A DNA stretch of 64,000 nt, taken from positions 23,935 to 87,934 of the forward strand of contig JAGUZK010000017.1 in assembly GCA_020060845.1 (NCBI GenBank), read 5' to 3'. Below the pieces are notes generated by a model. That model was not told the origin of the DNA and ran no database searches. It was given only the letters and a program-made list of their open reading frames with translations. Positions 10,110 through 20,418 of this stretch are shown here, in pieces; position 1 is the stretch's first letter; every line of letters begins with the position of its first letter. The DNA is from Candidatus Woesebacteria bacterium (GTDB taxonomy: Bacteria; Patescibacteriota; Microgenomatia; UBA8517). Both the position numbers and the translations under genes were made by a program.

Positions 10110-11213
10110 TCAACATTTTGTGTAAACTTCGATCGTGTTGATCGCAGTTTTTGTCCAAGAGTACTTTTTTAACAAATCATAAACGCCTTCCTTGGGTGGC
10201 ATATTTACTGCTTCTTTAATAGCTGTTGCTATAGAATAAGGGTTCATTGGGTCAAAGTAGAAAGCACAATTCCCATATACCTCACGGAATACAGGTATAT
10301 CCGAAGCTAATAATTTTGCACCCGAAGCCAAGGCCTCCAGTCCCTGCAGCCCAAAACCCTCGGAGTAGGACGGGTAAATATATCCCAGGGAATAATAATA
10401 CAGTGATTTCAGTTGCTGATCGGTCAAAAAACCAAATACTACAATTTGTTTCCCAAGATCTTTTTCTCTAATATAATCACGGGTCCTCAAAAAAAAATTG
10501 TTCTTCTTGGTCACCAATACCAACTTAATTGAAATTTTTTCATTCCTTAAGACATCTAAGGCATCAATCAGCCTTTTAATATTTTTATGAGGAAATATAT
10601 TGCCAACATGGACCAAATACTTGCTTTTTTTAAGACGATGTTTTTTAAGAATCTTATCTTCTTTTCTGGTTTTGCCCAAAAAGGACCTATCAAGACCTTG
10701 ATATATAACAACGGCTTTCTCTCTATCAATCTTATAATAATTGCAAATTTCTTCCTTGACACTTTGAGTAGGAACAATCACTTTCACACTTCTTTTCACT
10801 GCTACCTTGAACAGTAACTTGTAAACTGCCTTTTTAGCCAAAAAAAATATTAACGGAAGGTTTGTTCCTTCAGAAGTTGTCTTGTGGGTAGTCATATCAT
10901 GTAATGTCACTACAAACTTCCCCGGGAAAAAAAGTGGAACGTTAAAGTGGACAAAATGAGTAATATCCGGTCTTTCTCTAAAAAAAATAAGAGGCATTCC
11001 TATCTGCTCCCTAATAGAATAAATCCCAAAATCAGCAACTACTTTCTTAAAATTTTTAGCAAGCTTTAGTTGACGGAAATATTTTGGACGAAGAAGAATT
11101 ATGTAATCATTTTGAGAATCATTCTTTTGGATCTCTTTTACCAAGTTCATCACGTAACGACCTACGCCCGTATATTCCAACCCATACATTCTTGCATCAA
11201 TCAGTATTTTCAT
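10110..11213 (-). CDS. Glycosyltransferase GT4 (mannosyltransferase-like)
   Basis: IDAR..GVGRY, PHKN, YPSYSEGFGLQGLEA. Confidence 0.9.
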   Translation of the reverse strand: MKILIDARMYGLEYTGVGRYVMNLVKEIQKNDSQNDYIILLRPKYFRQLKLAKNFKKVVADFGIYSIREQIGMPLIFFRERPDITHFVHFNVPLFFPGKFVVTLHDMTTHKTTSEGTNLPLIFFLAKKAVYKLLFKVAVKRSVKVIVPTQSVKEEICNYYKIDREKAVVIYQGLDRSFLGKTRKEDKILKKHRLKKSKYLVHVGNIFPHKNIKRLIDALDVLRNEKISIKLVLVTKKNNFFLRTRDYIREKDLGKQIVVFGFLTDQQLKSLYYYSLGYIYPSYSEGFGLQGLEALASGAKLLASDIPVFREVYGNCAFYFDPMNPYSIATAIKEAVNMPPKEGVYDLLKKYSWTKTAINTIEVYTKC

Positions 11214-11215
11214 TT

Positions 11216-12130
11216 TTATCCAAAAACTAATGTTTCTAAGTACCTACCACCCTTTAGCAGTTTAATACCAAAGATTACAATATAGTTAAAAAGCAATGGG
11301 TATTTCTTCCAAAGCCTCTTTCTATAAAAAAGCTCCATCGAATCCACACCAGCCATCCTAAACTTTAGTCTTTGTTCAAAAGGAATCCTTCTATTTGTTT
11401 GGTGACCTCTTTTACCTTTCGACGCACCCTTGAAATGTATTATCGAGACCTTCGGATAATAGATAATCCTCCACCCTTTTTCCTTTATCTTCCAACACAG
11501 GTCAATATCTTCCCCATCCAAAAAATAATCCTCATCAAACCAGCCTACCTCATCAAGAATAGACCTTCTTGTCAAAAAGAAAGCTCCCTGAATAACATCT
11601 ACATCGTGTTCAATATCAGGAGAAATCGACCCATACCAATAAGGTGCAAAAATCCTGGAGTTTGGGAATATCCGATCTAATCTAAGAATGAGATGTGTAA
11701 AACCGACCCACGGAGTAATGAACGACCTTCTAGCATCCTTATCAAGTTTTCCATTCGGAAGAAGAATTTTACATGTCAATGCCCCCACATCAGGATGTCT
11801 TTTGAGATAGCCAACTGTATCCTTTAACGTGCCTTCTGAGACAATCGTATCAGAGTTCAAAAATAAGACAAACTCTCCCTCAACGCACTTCTTTGCTCGG
11901 TTGTTTCCTGCCGCAAAACCGATATTCCTTCCGATCCTTATCACCTTTTTAACCCAGGGGAATTCAACTTCAACCATCTCCGGGCTTCCATCTGTAGAAC
12001 CATTGTCGGGAACAATGAGTTCAAATTTTACCTCTCTTCTTAGCCTTTCCAAAGAAAGAAGACACTGCTTTAACAATTCCTTGGTATTGTAACTCAGGAC
12101 AATTATCGATAGTGCTGGATTATTTGTCAT
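11216..12130 (-). CDS. Glycosyltransferase GT2 (WbbL/RfbC-like)
   Basis: DNGSTDGS, NIGFAAGNN, FLNSD, FDEDYFLDGEDIDLC. Confidence 0.9.
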   Translation of the reverse strand: MTNNPALSIIVLSYNTKELLKQCLLSLERLRREVKFELIVPDNGSTDGSPEMVEVEFPWVKKVIRIGRNIGFAAGNNRAKKCVEGEFVLFLNSDTIVSEGTLKDTVGYLKRHPDVGALTCKILLPNGKLDKDARRSFITPWVGFTHLILRLDRIFPNSRIFAPYWYGSISPDIEHDVDVIQGAFFLTRRSILDEVGWFDEDYFLDGEDIDLCWKIKEKGWRIIYYPKVSIIHFKGASKGKRGHQTNRRIPFEQRLKFRMAGVDSMELFYRKRLWKKYPLLFNYIVIFGIKLLKGGRYLETLVFG

Positions 12131-13320
12131 CGTGTAGCTAATTCAATATAAACCGGGTCATGGAGTTTAACTATACTTTTCCAATCAAAATATTTTTGAA
12201 CATGCCTTTTACCCGAGAGTCCTATCTTTTGGGCAAGACGTCTGTCCCTGAGAAGCGTGATGGCCTTTTCAGCTAACATTTCTTCAGAATTGGCAATCAT
12301 AACATTTTCCCCGTCAGTAAGACCTAACCCTGCGACCCCACTGCTTGTTGACACTACTGGAAGCCCAGAAGCCATTGCTTCAAGTACCTTAAGTCTAGTT
12401 CCTCCCGATCCCATAATTGGAGCAACCATAACTGTAGCTTTATGATAAGCTTCCCTAGCGTCAGCTATATTCTCTGTAACTTCGATCTCTCCTTTTCCGG
12501 CTTTCCTTTTCACCCACTCCGGAATTTTTCTACCAACTATCCAAACTTTTGAATTGGGAAATTTTTTTTGGATAATTGGCCAAACTCTATTGACTAATAT
12601 CTCAGTTGCTTCTTGATTTTGCAGCCACTCGAAGTTCGTAACTCCATACAATATTCGCGGCGGCATGATCTTGCGATATTTGACCTGCGAGTAATATCCC
12701 GTATCAACTCCATTAGGTATTATCCCTACCTTCTTTTTTGAAACCAGTTTTAACATCGCCTTGCGATCTTCTTCCGAAACACTAAACAATCTATCAGCCT
12801 TATTCCAATAATACCTCTCCCAAAATTTAATCTTGGCCACATCTTGCAGAAAGAAAGGCCTAAGGATAAAAGGCACAGTACTATCAACATAATGCTTGTA
12901 CACATCATGCCATATTGTTTGCTCAACCAAAATCGTTGGTACTTTGGTCTTTGGTAGATGTGGCATCACGTAGAATGTCTCAGCATGTATAAGATCATAT
13001 TTCTCCTTCTTCAGTTCCTCGCGAATAGCCTGCTTCTCCTCAAGTGACTGATTTCTAATTACCAATAATGGATATGGTCCAAAGACAGAAAGTAAAATAT
13101 TACGCAATGTCCAAGGATGGCGCGGACGGCTGAAAACTTTTACCTTTTTGCAATATTTTTCCAGCTCAGGAATAAATTTTTTTTCAGAATCATCCTTTAT
13201 AAGCGAAAAAAGCGTTATGTCGTGTTTTTTCGCAAGGTATTTGATGATGTTATACCAACGAGTCTGTCCGCCACTCATTGTGATGGTGGGCAAATATGGG
13301 ACAAGCATTAGCACTTTCAT
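12127..13320 (-). CDS. Glycosyltransferase GT4
   Basis: IPNGVD, GGTRLKVLEAMASGLPVVST. Confidence 0.9.
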   Translation of the reverse strand: MKVLMLVPYLPTITMSGGQTRWYNIIKYLAKKHDITLFSLIKDDSEKKFIPELEKYCKKVKVFSRPRHPWTLRNILLSVFGPYPLLVIRNQSLEEKQAIREELKKEKYDLIHAETFYVMPHLPKTKVPTILVEQTIWHDVYKHYVDSTVPFILRPFFLQDVAKIKFWERYYWNKADRLFSVSEEDRKAMLKLVSKKKVGIIPNGVDTGYYSQVKYRKIMPPRILYGVTNFEWLQNQEATEILVNRVWPIIQKKFPNSKVWIVGRKIPEWVKRKAGKGEIEVTENIADAREAYHKATVMVAPIMGSGGTRLKVLEAMASGLPVVSTSSGVAGLGLTDGENVMIANSEEMLAEKAITLLRDRRLAQKIGLSGKRHVQKYFDWKSIVKLHDPVYIELATR

Positions 13321-14771
13321 ATCCTCTTAAGAAGATTTAAAATTACAAAATCATCTGTTCTATAAACTGTCTCAAATTTCTTCATAAACTCATTTGTCTG
13401 ATCGTTATAATCAACAGAAACATAAAATTGTGCTCCTTCTTGAATTAACTCATCTATAGGCAATTCTACTACTGGCCAGCCACGCCTGTTTGTCTGATAT
13501 AAAAACGCTGTATCCCCATTGTAATTTGCTATTACCACCGCATCTTTTGGAGTAAGACGATCAACCGCCTTACCAGCCTCTATTATCTCAGGCCTGTTTA
13601 TTTTATAAAACTCTTTGACCTGAAATGCGCTTATAAGAAGCCCCATCACAACAGAAACAGTCAATACAAAAAATACCCATCTTTTAGAAAGCCTTACCAA
13701 TGAGTAGGTCACAATAAGACCTTTAGCCACCAGAAAGCACACTCCAGGAATGATGATCGCTTGGTAATAGTCATGCCTTACATTTGCAGTCGCAAAGATG
13801 CAAAGATAGGCAAATAGCCCAAACAAAAAAGTCCATAAGAAGAAATCCTTTCTTTTGTTGATGCTAATTATCCCCATTCCTAGTGGAAGCATCATAGTAG
13901 AACCCAGGATTAGGTTGCCAATCCGTTGCCCGAAAATCCAATTCCAAAAAGCTGGCTTAAATCTTATCCCATCTCCATTGAAAGTCCATCGCCAAAAAGG
14001 AATTCCCTCCGGAAATTGACTCATCCACACTCTCCATGCAAAAAACGGTAAAAAAATGACTAGAAAGTAAACTACTACCTCCCACCTCAGGATTGCTTTT
14101 ACTTTATCCCTTTTCCATAAAAAATAAATTGCGGGTGCTGTATAAAAAATGCTATACGGCTTAACCAATATCCCAAGACTGACCAAAACTGCAGAGATCA
14201 CAAGACTTCTTGGATTACCCCACTTCACATACTCATATAAATAGTACAAAGAAAGAACGGAAAACATGATAGACAGAGGCTCAGGAAGTATGGTCCTAGA
14301 AAAAAATATATTAAATGGTAAAAAATAAAAAAGAAAAGCTGAGATAAGTGCAAAATCTCTCCCATACATCCTCTTTCCTAGAAGATAAATTGCAATTCCG
14401 CTGACCATTGAGGCAACAATCGAGACAAGCCTTCCCCAAACCTCAAAGCTTAAAAAGCCAAAGATTTTGAAAAGGATAGCGTGAATTGCATTGTAAATTG
14501 GAAATTCAACAAAACGATACCCATGAGGATTAAACATGCCACTTTGGACTCTTGAAACATCGTGATATTTAGGAATCAACAAATTGATCCCATTTTTTAC
14601 GTACTCTCTTGACACAGAAGCAGTATCAGCCTGACGAAAAGAGTGCCAATCAGCAACTGGAGAATTAATTTTATATAGTCTAACCAAAAAACCAAATAAT
14701 ATCAGAAATGTTAAAATTAAATACTCGTTATAGTATATCTTTCTAACGAGGGTAAAAAAATTATTCATCAT
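13317..14771 (-). CDS. GT-C membrane glycosyltransferase (PMT_2/ArnT-like)
   Basis: Multi-TM; first loop DWHSFRQADT, EFPIY, LVKP. Confidence 0.75.
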   Translation of the reverse strand: MMNNFFTLVRKIYYNEYLILTFLILFGFLVRLYKINSPVADWHSFRQADTASVSREYVKNGINLLIPKYHDVSRVQSGMFNPHGYRFVEFPIYNAIHAILFKIFGFLSFEVWGRLVSIVASMVSGIAIYLLGKRMYGRDFALISAFLFYFLPFNIFFSRTILPEPLSIMFSVLSLYYLYEYVKWGNPRSLVISAVLVSLGILVKPYSIFYTAPAIYFLWKRDKVKAILRWEVVVYFLVIFLPFFAWRVWMSQFPEGIPFWRWTFNGDGIRFKPAFWNWIFGQRIGNLILGSTMMLPLGMGIISINKRKDFFLWTFLFGLFAYLCIFATANVRHDYYQAIIIPGVCFLVAKGLIVTYSLVRLSKRWVFFVLTVSVVMGLLISAFQVKEFYKINRPEIIEAGKAVDRLTPKDAVVIANYNGDTAFLYQTNRRGWPVVELPIDELIQEGAQFYVSVDYNDQTNEFMKKFETVYRTDDFVILNLLKRI

Positions 14772-16113
14772 ATTTCACAAGACCGTATGAAAATCCCACC
14801 AGCAACCAAAAAATTATAGCAAATTTAGAAGCTTCAAAAACATCAATGAAGAAAGCATTTGTAAAAACCCCAAAAGATGACCCAATTATGCTACAGATAG
14901 TAACCCTAACCATATCCATACCTTCTTTATTACTGGCAATCCATTTATAAAAGGCTAGACCCAACCTCAAAAAAATGTGAAGAAATGCTACAAATCCCAA
15001 AAGTCCAGTTTCTCCAATTAGCCTTAAATAATCATTATCAGTTGCTAGCGTTATTGAGGAGTAACCAGTTCCCAAAAGTGGATTTTTAAGAAACGCACGT
15101 ATCGCACGAGGCCATTCTACATTAAGCCTAATGTTTGTTGATCTATCCTCCAGAACATTATCTTTCTCCTCAGTAATCGCCTTAGGGACATCCTTAGTTA
15201 GGGTATCAGAATATGCATAAGCCTGGTGCAAAACAGAACTGCTTATCTTGTCTGAAACCACTTCAATTATCCTTGCATAACGGGAAATTAGATTTGCTGA
15301 AAAGAGCGTAAAGACAAGACTTACAATTATTACAAGAGGCATTTTCTTAACATTTTTAGTCAGGAGAAACACTAAAGATAAAGAAACCAAATATGAAAAA
15401 AAGGAGATCCTAGATGCAGAGCTAACCAATAGCCATAAACCGCCTAAAAAATCAATCAAGAGTAAAGCCTTAAGCAGTGTTCCCTTAACAACATAAAATA
15501 GACTTATACTAAGAGGGATAATAACCACTAAAAACGTAGCCAAATCATAATGACCGGCAAAGGTAGAATTAATATGGCTGCCAGGTATCCAACGAAGTGC
15601 TATTCCTTTTGAATATTCCTCATTTTGGGTTATAACTATCGGCCACTGCAAATAACGCTGGCCTATCCCATATAGAAAAATTAAAAAGACAACAAAAGCC
15701 AAGACGATAAGATAATAATCAATTCTTCTCTTATCCCTTAAAATAACATAATAACCCAGGAAAAAAGGTATCAAATACTCAATTCTCCTTAACCAATGAA
15801 GCAGTGCTATATGCGGTGTCACAGTTTTCGTAACAAAAATAGCGCTTATTAGAGAGACTAGTCCCACAAGTAAATAGAAAATTACTACACCAAAAATAGG
15901 GTTGAAAATCACTTTCCTAATGTGCCCTCCAATATAGATAGTGACCACAAAAACAGCAAAAGACACAAGAAGAAGAAGATCCTCAAGCCTGATCGAGACA
16001 AATGTGGAAGGAATTCTAATAAATGGAAATTTTGGATAGAGAGGAACAGCAATCAATATTGCCGCAACTAAGTATTTAAGCAAACTTTCAAACTTCTCGT
16101 AGTGCTTGCGCAT
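14761..16113 (-). CDS. O-antigen ligase/polymerase family (Wzy_C) protein
   Basis: About 12 TM; SASRIS, STNIRL..W, NPLLGTG, TDNDYLRLIGETGLLG. Confidence 0.8.
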   Translation of the reverse strand: MRKHYEKFESLLKYLVAAILIAVPLYPKFPFIRIPSTFVSIRLEDLLLLVSFAVFVVTIYIGGHIRKVIFNPIFGVVIFYLLVGLVSLISAIFVTKTVTPHIALLHWLRRIEYLIPFFLGYYVILRDKRRIDYYLIVLAFVVFLIFLYGIGQRYLQWPIVITQNEEYSKGIALRWIPGSHINSTFAGHYDLATFLVVIIPLSISLFYVVKGTLLKALLLIDFLGGLWLLVSSASRISFFSYLVSLSLVFLLTKNVKKMPLVIIVSLVFTLFSANLISRYARIIEVVSDKISSSVLHQAYAYSDTLTKDVPKAITEEKDNVLEDRSTNIRLNVEWPRAIRAFLKNPLLGTGYSSITLATDNDYLRLIGETGLLGFVAFLHIFLRLGLAFYKWIASNKEGMDMVRVTICSIIGSSFGVFTNAFFIDVFEASKFAIIFWLLVGFSYGLVKYDE

Positions 16114-17002
16114 ATGCCCTGCTGAGAGCCTCCTTCCTAGTAAAGATAAACAACAGATATCTCATTAATATTCCCAATCTCAACAACATTAGTAAAAGGA
16201 ATAGCTCAAAACCGCCTTTGTGCTTTTTGTAATATAACTTAAGCGAGTTGAACTCTGCAATAATAGGGTAGGAGCTGCTACTACTTTTTCCACCAAGATG
16301 TATTATGCTCCACTTTGGATTATAAATGACCCTATAGCCTTTGTCTTTGATATTTTTGCAAAGATCAACATCCTCACCATACATAAAATAATCCTCGTCA
16401 AAACCATTGCCAATTGCCTCTCTTCGAGCAATCAAAAATGCACCTGTTATCCAATCCACTTCACGCTTTTTACTGTAAAACCTGTTATTAGCTACAAAAG
16501 ATTTAGGATGGTGAGGATGAAACGGTTTAACTATATTGTCTAGAAAGGGAATATCATCTATAAACAACATCCACAAGGCTACTTTCATAAGCTCTGGAAA
16601 ATAACCCCCATTTCCCTGAATTGACCCGTCTTGATTTTTCAACATACAGCCCATTGCACCAACATCTGGATTTTCATCTAGCCAAGAAATAATTTCCCTA
16701 AAATTGACCTTATCTGGAAGAGTATCCGAATTAAGAAACAGGACATACCTGCCAGTTGAATGCTGTAACCCAATATTATTAGCCTTTGCAAAACCATAAT
16801 TGTATCTATTTTCGACAAACACTAGACCCTTCCTTTTTGAAAGCTTTGACCTAAGTTTGGAAACATCTGAACGCCTAGATCCATTATCTATAACAATCAT
16901 TTCGTGGCTAATATCTCTAAGCTCCTTGCTAAATAAACTTACACATTTTGCCGTGAGATCTGCTGTATTAAAGTTTATTATGATGACACTAATATCAATC
17001 AT
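16088..17002 (-). CDS. Glycosyltransferase GT2 (WbbL/RfbC-like)
   Basis: DNGS, NYGFAKANN, FLNSD, FDEDYFMYGEDVDLC. Confidence 0.9.
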   Translation of the reverse strand: MIDISVIIINFNTADLTAKCVSLFSKELRDISHEMIVIDNGSRRSDVSKLRSKLSKRKGLVFVENRYNYGFAKANNIGLQHSTGRYVLFLNSDTLPDKVNFREIISWLDENPDVGAMGCMLKNQDGSIQGNGGYFPELMKVALWMLFIDDIPFLDNIVKPFHPHHPKSFVANNRFYSKKREVDWITGAFLIARREAIGNGFDEDYFMYGEDVDLCKNIKDKGYRVIYNPKWSIIHLGGKSSSSSYPIIAEFNSLKLYYKKHKGGFELFLLLMLLRLGILMRYLLFIFTRKEALSRAYAQALREV

Positions 17003-17565
17003 TTTTTAATGGCAAAAAATTTCCCCATGTCCCCAAGAATCCTAATCACAAGGAAATATAACAAAATCACGCTTGCTATCCCCAGGGAGACTCTTCCCAA
17101 TACACTGCTTTCAACATGCTTAACTATAACTTTCTGCCTATATCTTTTCCCATCTATAATAATCGCATCTTTATCATCCTTCGGCTCAAACCCATTGATA
17201 TATAAAGATTCACGAAAGGGAAATACCAATTCTTCAAGAAATGTACTCCTTGTCTGGTCACGGATCAGCACTCGAGCTTCTTCAGGCGGATAATTCAACC
17301 TAAGCGGCGATGTTCGGACAAATCCAAACAACACTAAGGAAAATTGGTCGGAGTAATGATTAATTACTTCTGACCTAGTCATATCAGTAAAATAACCACG
17401 CCTGTTTACTGACTCAATATCTGCAGGTTCTGTCGAGACAACAAAATCACCTCCTTTTTGCGGAAACTGACTTATTGGAATCAGAAGGTAATAGACAAAA
17501 GAAAGGGAAAACGCGGCAAAGATAATTCTAAACAAAGGAATTTTCCGGCTGAAGTTTTTTTTCAC
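16999..17565 (-). CDS. Hypothetical protein with N- and C-terminal TM helices
   Basis: 188 aa, tightly packed in the operon, no family recognised. Confidence 0.7.
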   Translation of the reverse strand: MKKNFSRKIPLFRIIFAAFSLSFVYYLLIPISQFPQKGGDFVVSTEPADIESVNRRGYFTDMTRSEVINHYSDQFSLVLFGFVRTSPLRLNYPPEEARVLIRDQTRSTFLEELVFPFRESLYINGFEPKDDKDAIIIDGKRYRQKVIVKHVESSVLGRVSLGIASVILLYFLVIRILGDMGKFFAIKK

Positions 17566-17567
17566 AA

Positions 17568-18209
17568 TTATTGGAAAAGTCTAGGTCTGCCTAATCTATA
17601 TCTCGGGTTTTTATTCTTGCGCTCACCTATTACCTTTGCTGGAATTCCGGCAACAATCTTGAAAGGCTCAACGTCCTTAGTCACAACTGCCCCCGCTGCT
17701 ACAACAGCCCCCTTCCCGATCCTTACTCCAGGCAATATAATTGCCCGCGGACCAACAAACACATAGTCCTCTATTGTGACAGGTTGTTCTATCGCTGAAA
17801 AGGTATCACTCTCCAGATCATGCTCAGAATTATAGATCAACACTTGCGATGCTATATCAACATGATCCCCAATAACTAGTTTTGCCCGCCCATCGAGGAA
17901 CGCATTATCACCAATAACTGAATCCTCACCAATCACAACTCCAGCCGGATTGAAAAATCGCGCACCTAAATGGATACTGGATCCCTTCCCTATCTTCACA
18001 CCTGCCAATCTAAAAATTGACTTTCTAATAAAGTGTGACGGTACACAAAAGCTAATAAAATGAATTAGAAAAAGCTCAAAGTCAATAATCCAATTTTTGA
18101 ACCTGTTTATTGCCTTATTCATCGCTTGAAAAAATGACAATCTGTTGCCATGCTTATCAGTAAAGTAAATTCCCGCCTTAGAGATGTGAATATTTTCGGA
18201 GTACATCAT
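17568..18209 (-). CDS. Hexapeptide-repeat (left-handed beta-helix) O-acetyltransferase
   Basis: [37 protein letters not shown]...AGIPAK. Confidence 0.9.
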   Translation of the reverse strand: MMYSENIHISKAGIYFTDKHGNRLSFFQAMNKAINRFKNWIIDFELFLIHFISFCVPSHFIRKSIFRLAGVKIGKGSSIHLGARFFNPAGVVIGEDSVIGDNAFLDGRAKLVIGDHVDIASQVLIYNSEHDLESDTFSAIEQPVTIEDYVFVGPRAIILPGVRIGKGAVVAAGAVVTKDVEPFKIVAGIPAKVIGERKNKNPRYRLGRPRLFQ

Positions 18210-19333
18210 TTTGATGCTTTTCTTAGGGTTTTAAGTGTCATTAGTGCACTTTTTTCCCAGGAAAACTCTTTTGCCCTCTTTATGCACTTCTGACTAAGAA
18301 TATTATACTCCTTAGAATTCATTTTCAGAACATATTGGATTTTGTCAGCTATATCATCAATAGAATAAGGATCGCAAAGCAACACCGCATCCCCTCCCAC
18401 TTCGGGAATCGACCCAGCATTAGACCCAACAACAGGGACCCCACAAGCAAAAGACGTTACTATATCCATGCCAAAGCCTTCCCAGAAAGAAGGAATGACA
18501 AATACCCTTGATCCAGCTATTAGTGCTGGCTTATCTGCTTCTTCAACAAAATCTGTAAACACCACATGTCCATTAAGATCCAATTCCTTTAATACTGAAA
18601 ATATGTCATCGAATAGCCACCCCTTGCGACCAGAAATAACAAGCCTATAGTTTGGGAACTTTTCTCTGACTTTTGCAAAGGCTTTCAACAACCCAATAAC
18701 ATTTTTACTAGGCTTTAGAGTTCCTAAAAAAAGAATATAATCGTCTGGCAAGTTATACTTCTCTCTTATATGTCGCACAACGTGCCTATCAATTTTTCTA
18801 TTGTACATTCTCTTGTCATATCCGTGATAAATTACATCAATTTTGTCGGGGCTTATTTTATAGTGTCGTACAATGTCATCTTTAGAAGAATTAGAAAATG
18901 TAATGATACATTTTGATACATATATGGAAATAGCACTCCAGTACTTAAGCTGCCAAAAATCATATTTTTTAAATTGATCCGAAAATTTGAGATAACCAAG
19001 ATCATGAATTGCACACACTTTTGGAGCTATTGAAATAGGCGGAAGATAATGATGGGGGGAGAAAAAAACATCAAGTTTATTATTAAAAGCTATTCTTGGA
19101 GCAAGTCTTGATAGAACCCAAAGTTTGCCTCCTCTAATTATTATGTATTTCCAATAAGGATCTTCCCGCGGTAACTCTTCGATAGGATCGCTGCGCAAAT
19201 AGAGCTGGTAATAAACCTTTGACTTAAGTTTCTTATTTAGTCTATATAATCCCCACAAGATCTCGAAAGCATACTGGTTTACTCCTACCCTATCTTTTAC
19301 ATTCGCTTCATTTGCGTCAATACCTATGTACAT
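18206..19333 (-). CDS. Glycosyltransferase GT4
   Basis: [22 protein letters not shown]. Confidence 0.9.
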   Translation of the reverse strand: MYIGIDANEANVKDRVGVNQYAFEILWGLYRLNKKLKSKVYYQLYLRSDPIEELPREDPYWKYIIIRGGKLWVLSRLAPRIAFNNKLDVFFSPHHYLPPISIAPKVCAIHDLGYLKFSDQFKKYDFWQLKYWSAISIYVSKCIITFSNSSKDDIVRHYKISPDKIDVIYHGYDKRMYNRKIDRHVVRHIREKYNLPDDYILFLGTLKPSKNVIGLLKAFAKVREKFPNYRLVISGRKGWLFDDIFSVLKELDLNGHVVFTDFVEEADKPALIAGSRVFVIPSFWEGFGMDIVTSFACGVPVVGSNAGSIPEVGGDAVLLCDPYSIDDIADKIQYVLKMNSKEYNILSQKCIKRAKEFSWEKSALMTLKTLRKASK

Positions 19334-19337
19334 AGTA

Positions 19338-20414
19338 TTAATTACTTTGCACTTCGTGATAGACCCTAAGAGTTAATCTTGCAGTCCTTTCCCACGAATA
19401 TCTCTTCAGAAAATTCTTAATTTTATCATCATTAAACTTCTTACCAATCACTTTTAACATACCATCTCTAATTGACTCAACACTAAATGGGTCAACTAAA
19501 ACACAGTGGTCTCTTCCCAATTCTGCAAGAGCTCCTATTCGGCTTGTAACAACCCTTGTCCCACATTTTAACGCTTCAAGGATTGGCAACCCAAAACCCT
19601 CATAAAGCGAAGGGTAGATCAAAGCTTCAGATGATGAATACAGGGAAATTAAATCAGACTTATCTATAAATCCTGTGAAAATAATATCTTCGTCCGATTT
19701 TATCGCTCGAGGAGCCCCACCAACAATCACAAGTTGAAAATCAATATCACGTTTGGTCTTTTTAAATGCATCAATAACTCTTTCAATGTTTTTCCTTGGT
19801 ACAGTGCCTACCGCTAAAAAAAACTTTTTGGTTATATTAAACTTCCTCCTAACCAATCTTTTAGCAGCTCCACTTGCGGGTACAACATCTTCTCCAATAC
19901 CCTCAGGAATAACTCTAATTTTCCCTCGATCAATCCCCAGCTTCATAAGGTCAGTACGCGTGGCTTTCGATGGCACAATGATTCTGTCAACTTCGCTTTG
20001 CAACCATCTTAGCCTTCTTCTAAATACATTAACCACTTTGGCAAGAGAATAATCAGGATACAAGATCGGGACATCATGAACTGTGGTAACCTTAAACGCA
20101 CCTGATGGGGCCTGTGCCCAATCCGATGAATGATAGACATCGCACCTCCCAAAGAAAAACTCAAAATTTACCAGGTGGACACGATTCCAAAGAAATTCAA
20201 AAAAAGAGGGTGGAAGCTTTATAACTTTTTTCTCACAAAAAACATCAATACTAGACAAAAATCTCCTCAATTCATTATCCCTTCTAAAGGAGTAGCCACA
20301 AAGAACATATTCTTCGTGCCGGTCTAGATGTAATAGATTTTTTACTAACTCTTTCGTATAGACGGAGACTCCTGTTCCGTAAATTACTTGAGATACGTCT
20401 ATTGCTATTCTCAT
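19338..20414 (-). CDS. Glycosyltransferase GT4
   Basis: GTGVSVY, PRKN, YPSLYEGFGLPILEA. Confidence 0.9.
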   Translation of the reverse strand: MRIAIDVSQVIYGTGVSVYTKELVKNLLHLDRHEEYVLCGYSFRRDNELRRFLSSIDVFCEKKVIKLPPSFFEFLWNRVHLVNFEFFFGRCDVYHSSDWAQAPSGAFKVTTVHDVPILYPDYSLAKVVNVFRRRLRWLQSEVDRIIVPSKATRTDLMKLGIDRGKIRVIPEGIGEDVVPASGAAKRLVRRKFNITKKFFLAVGTVPRKNIERVIDAFKKTKRDIDFQLVIVGGAPRAIKSDEDIIFTGFIDKSDLISLYSSSEALIYPSLYEGFGLPILEALKCGTRVVTSRIGALAELGRDHCVLVDPFSVESIRDGMLKVIGKKFNDDKIKNFLKRYSWERTARLTLRVYHEVQSN

Positions 20415-20418
20415 ACAT

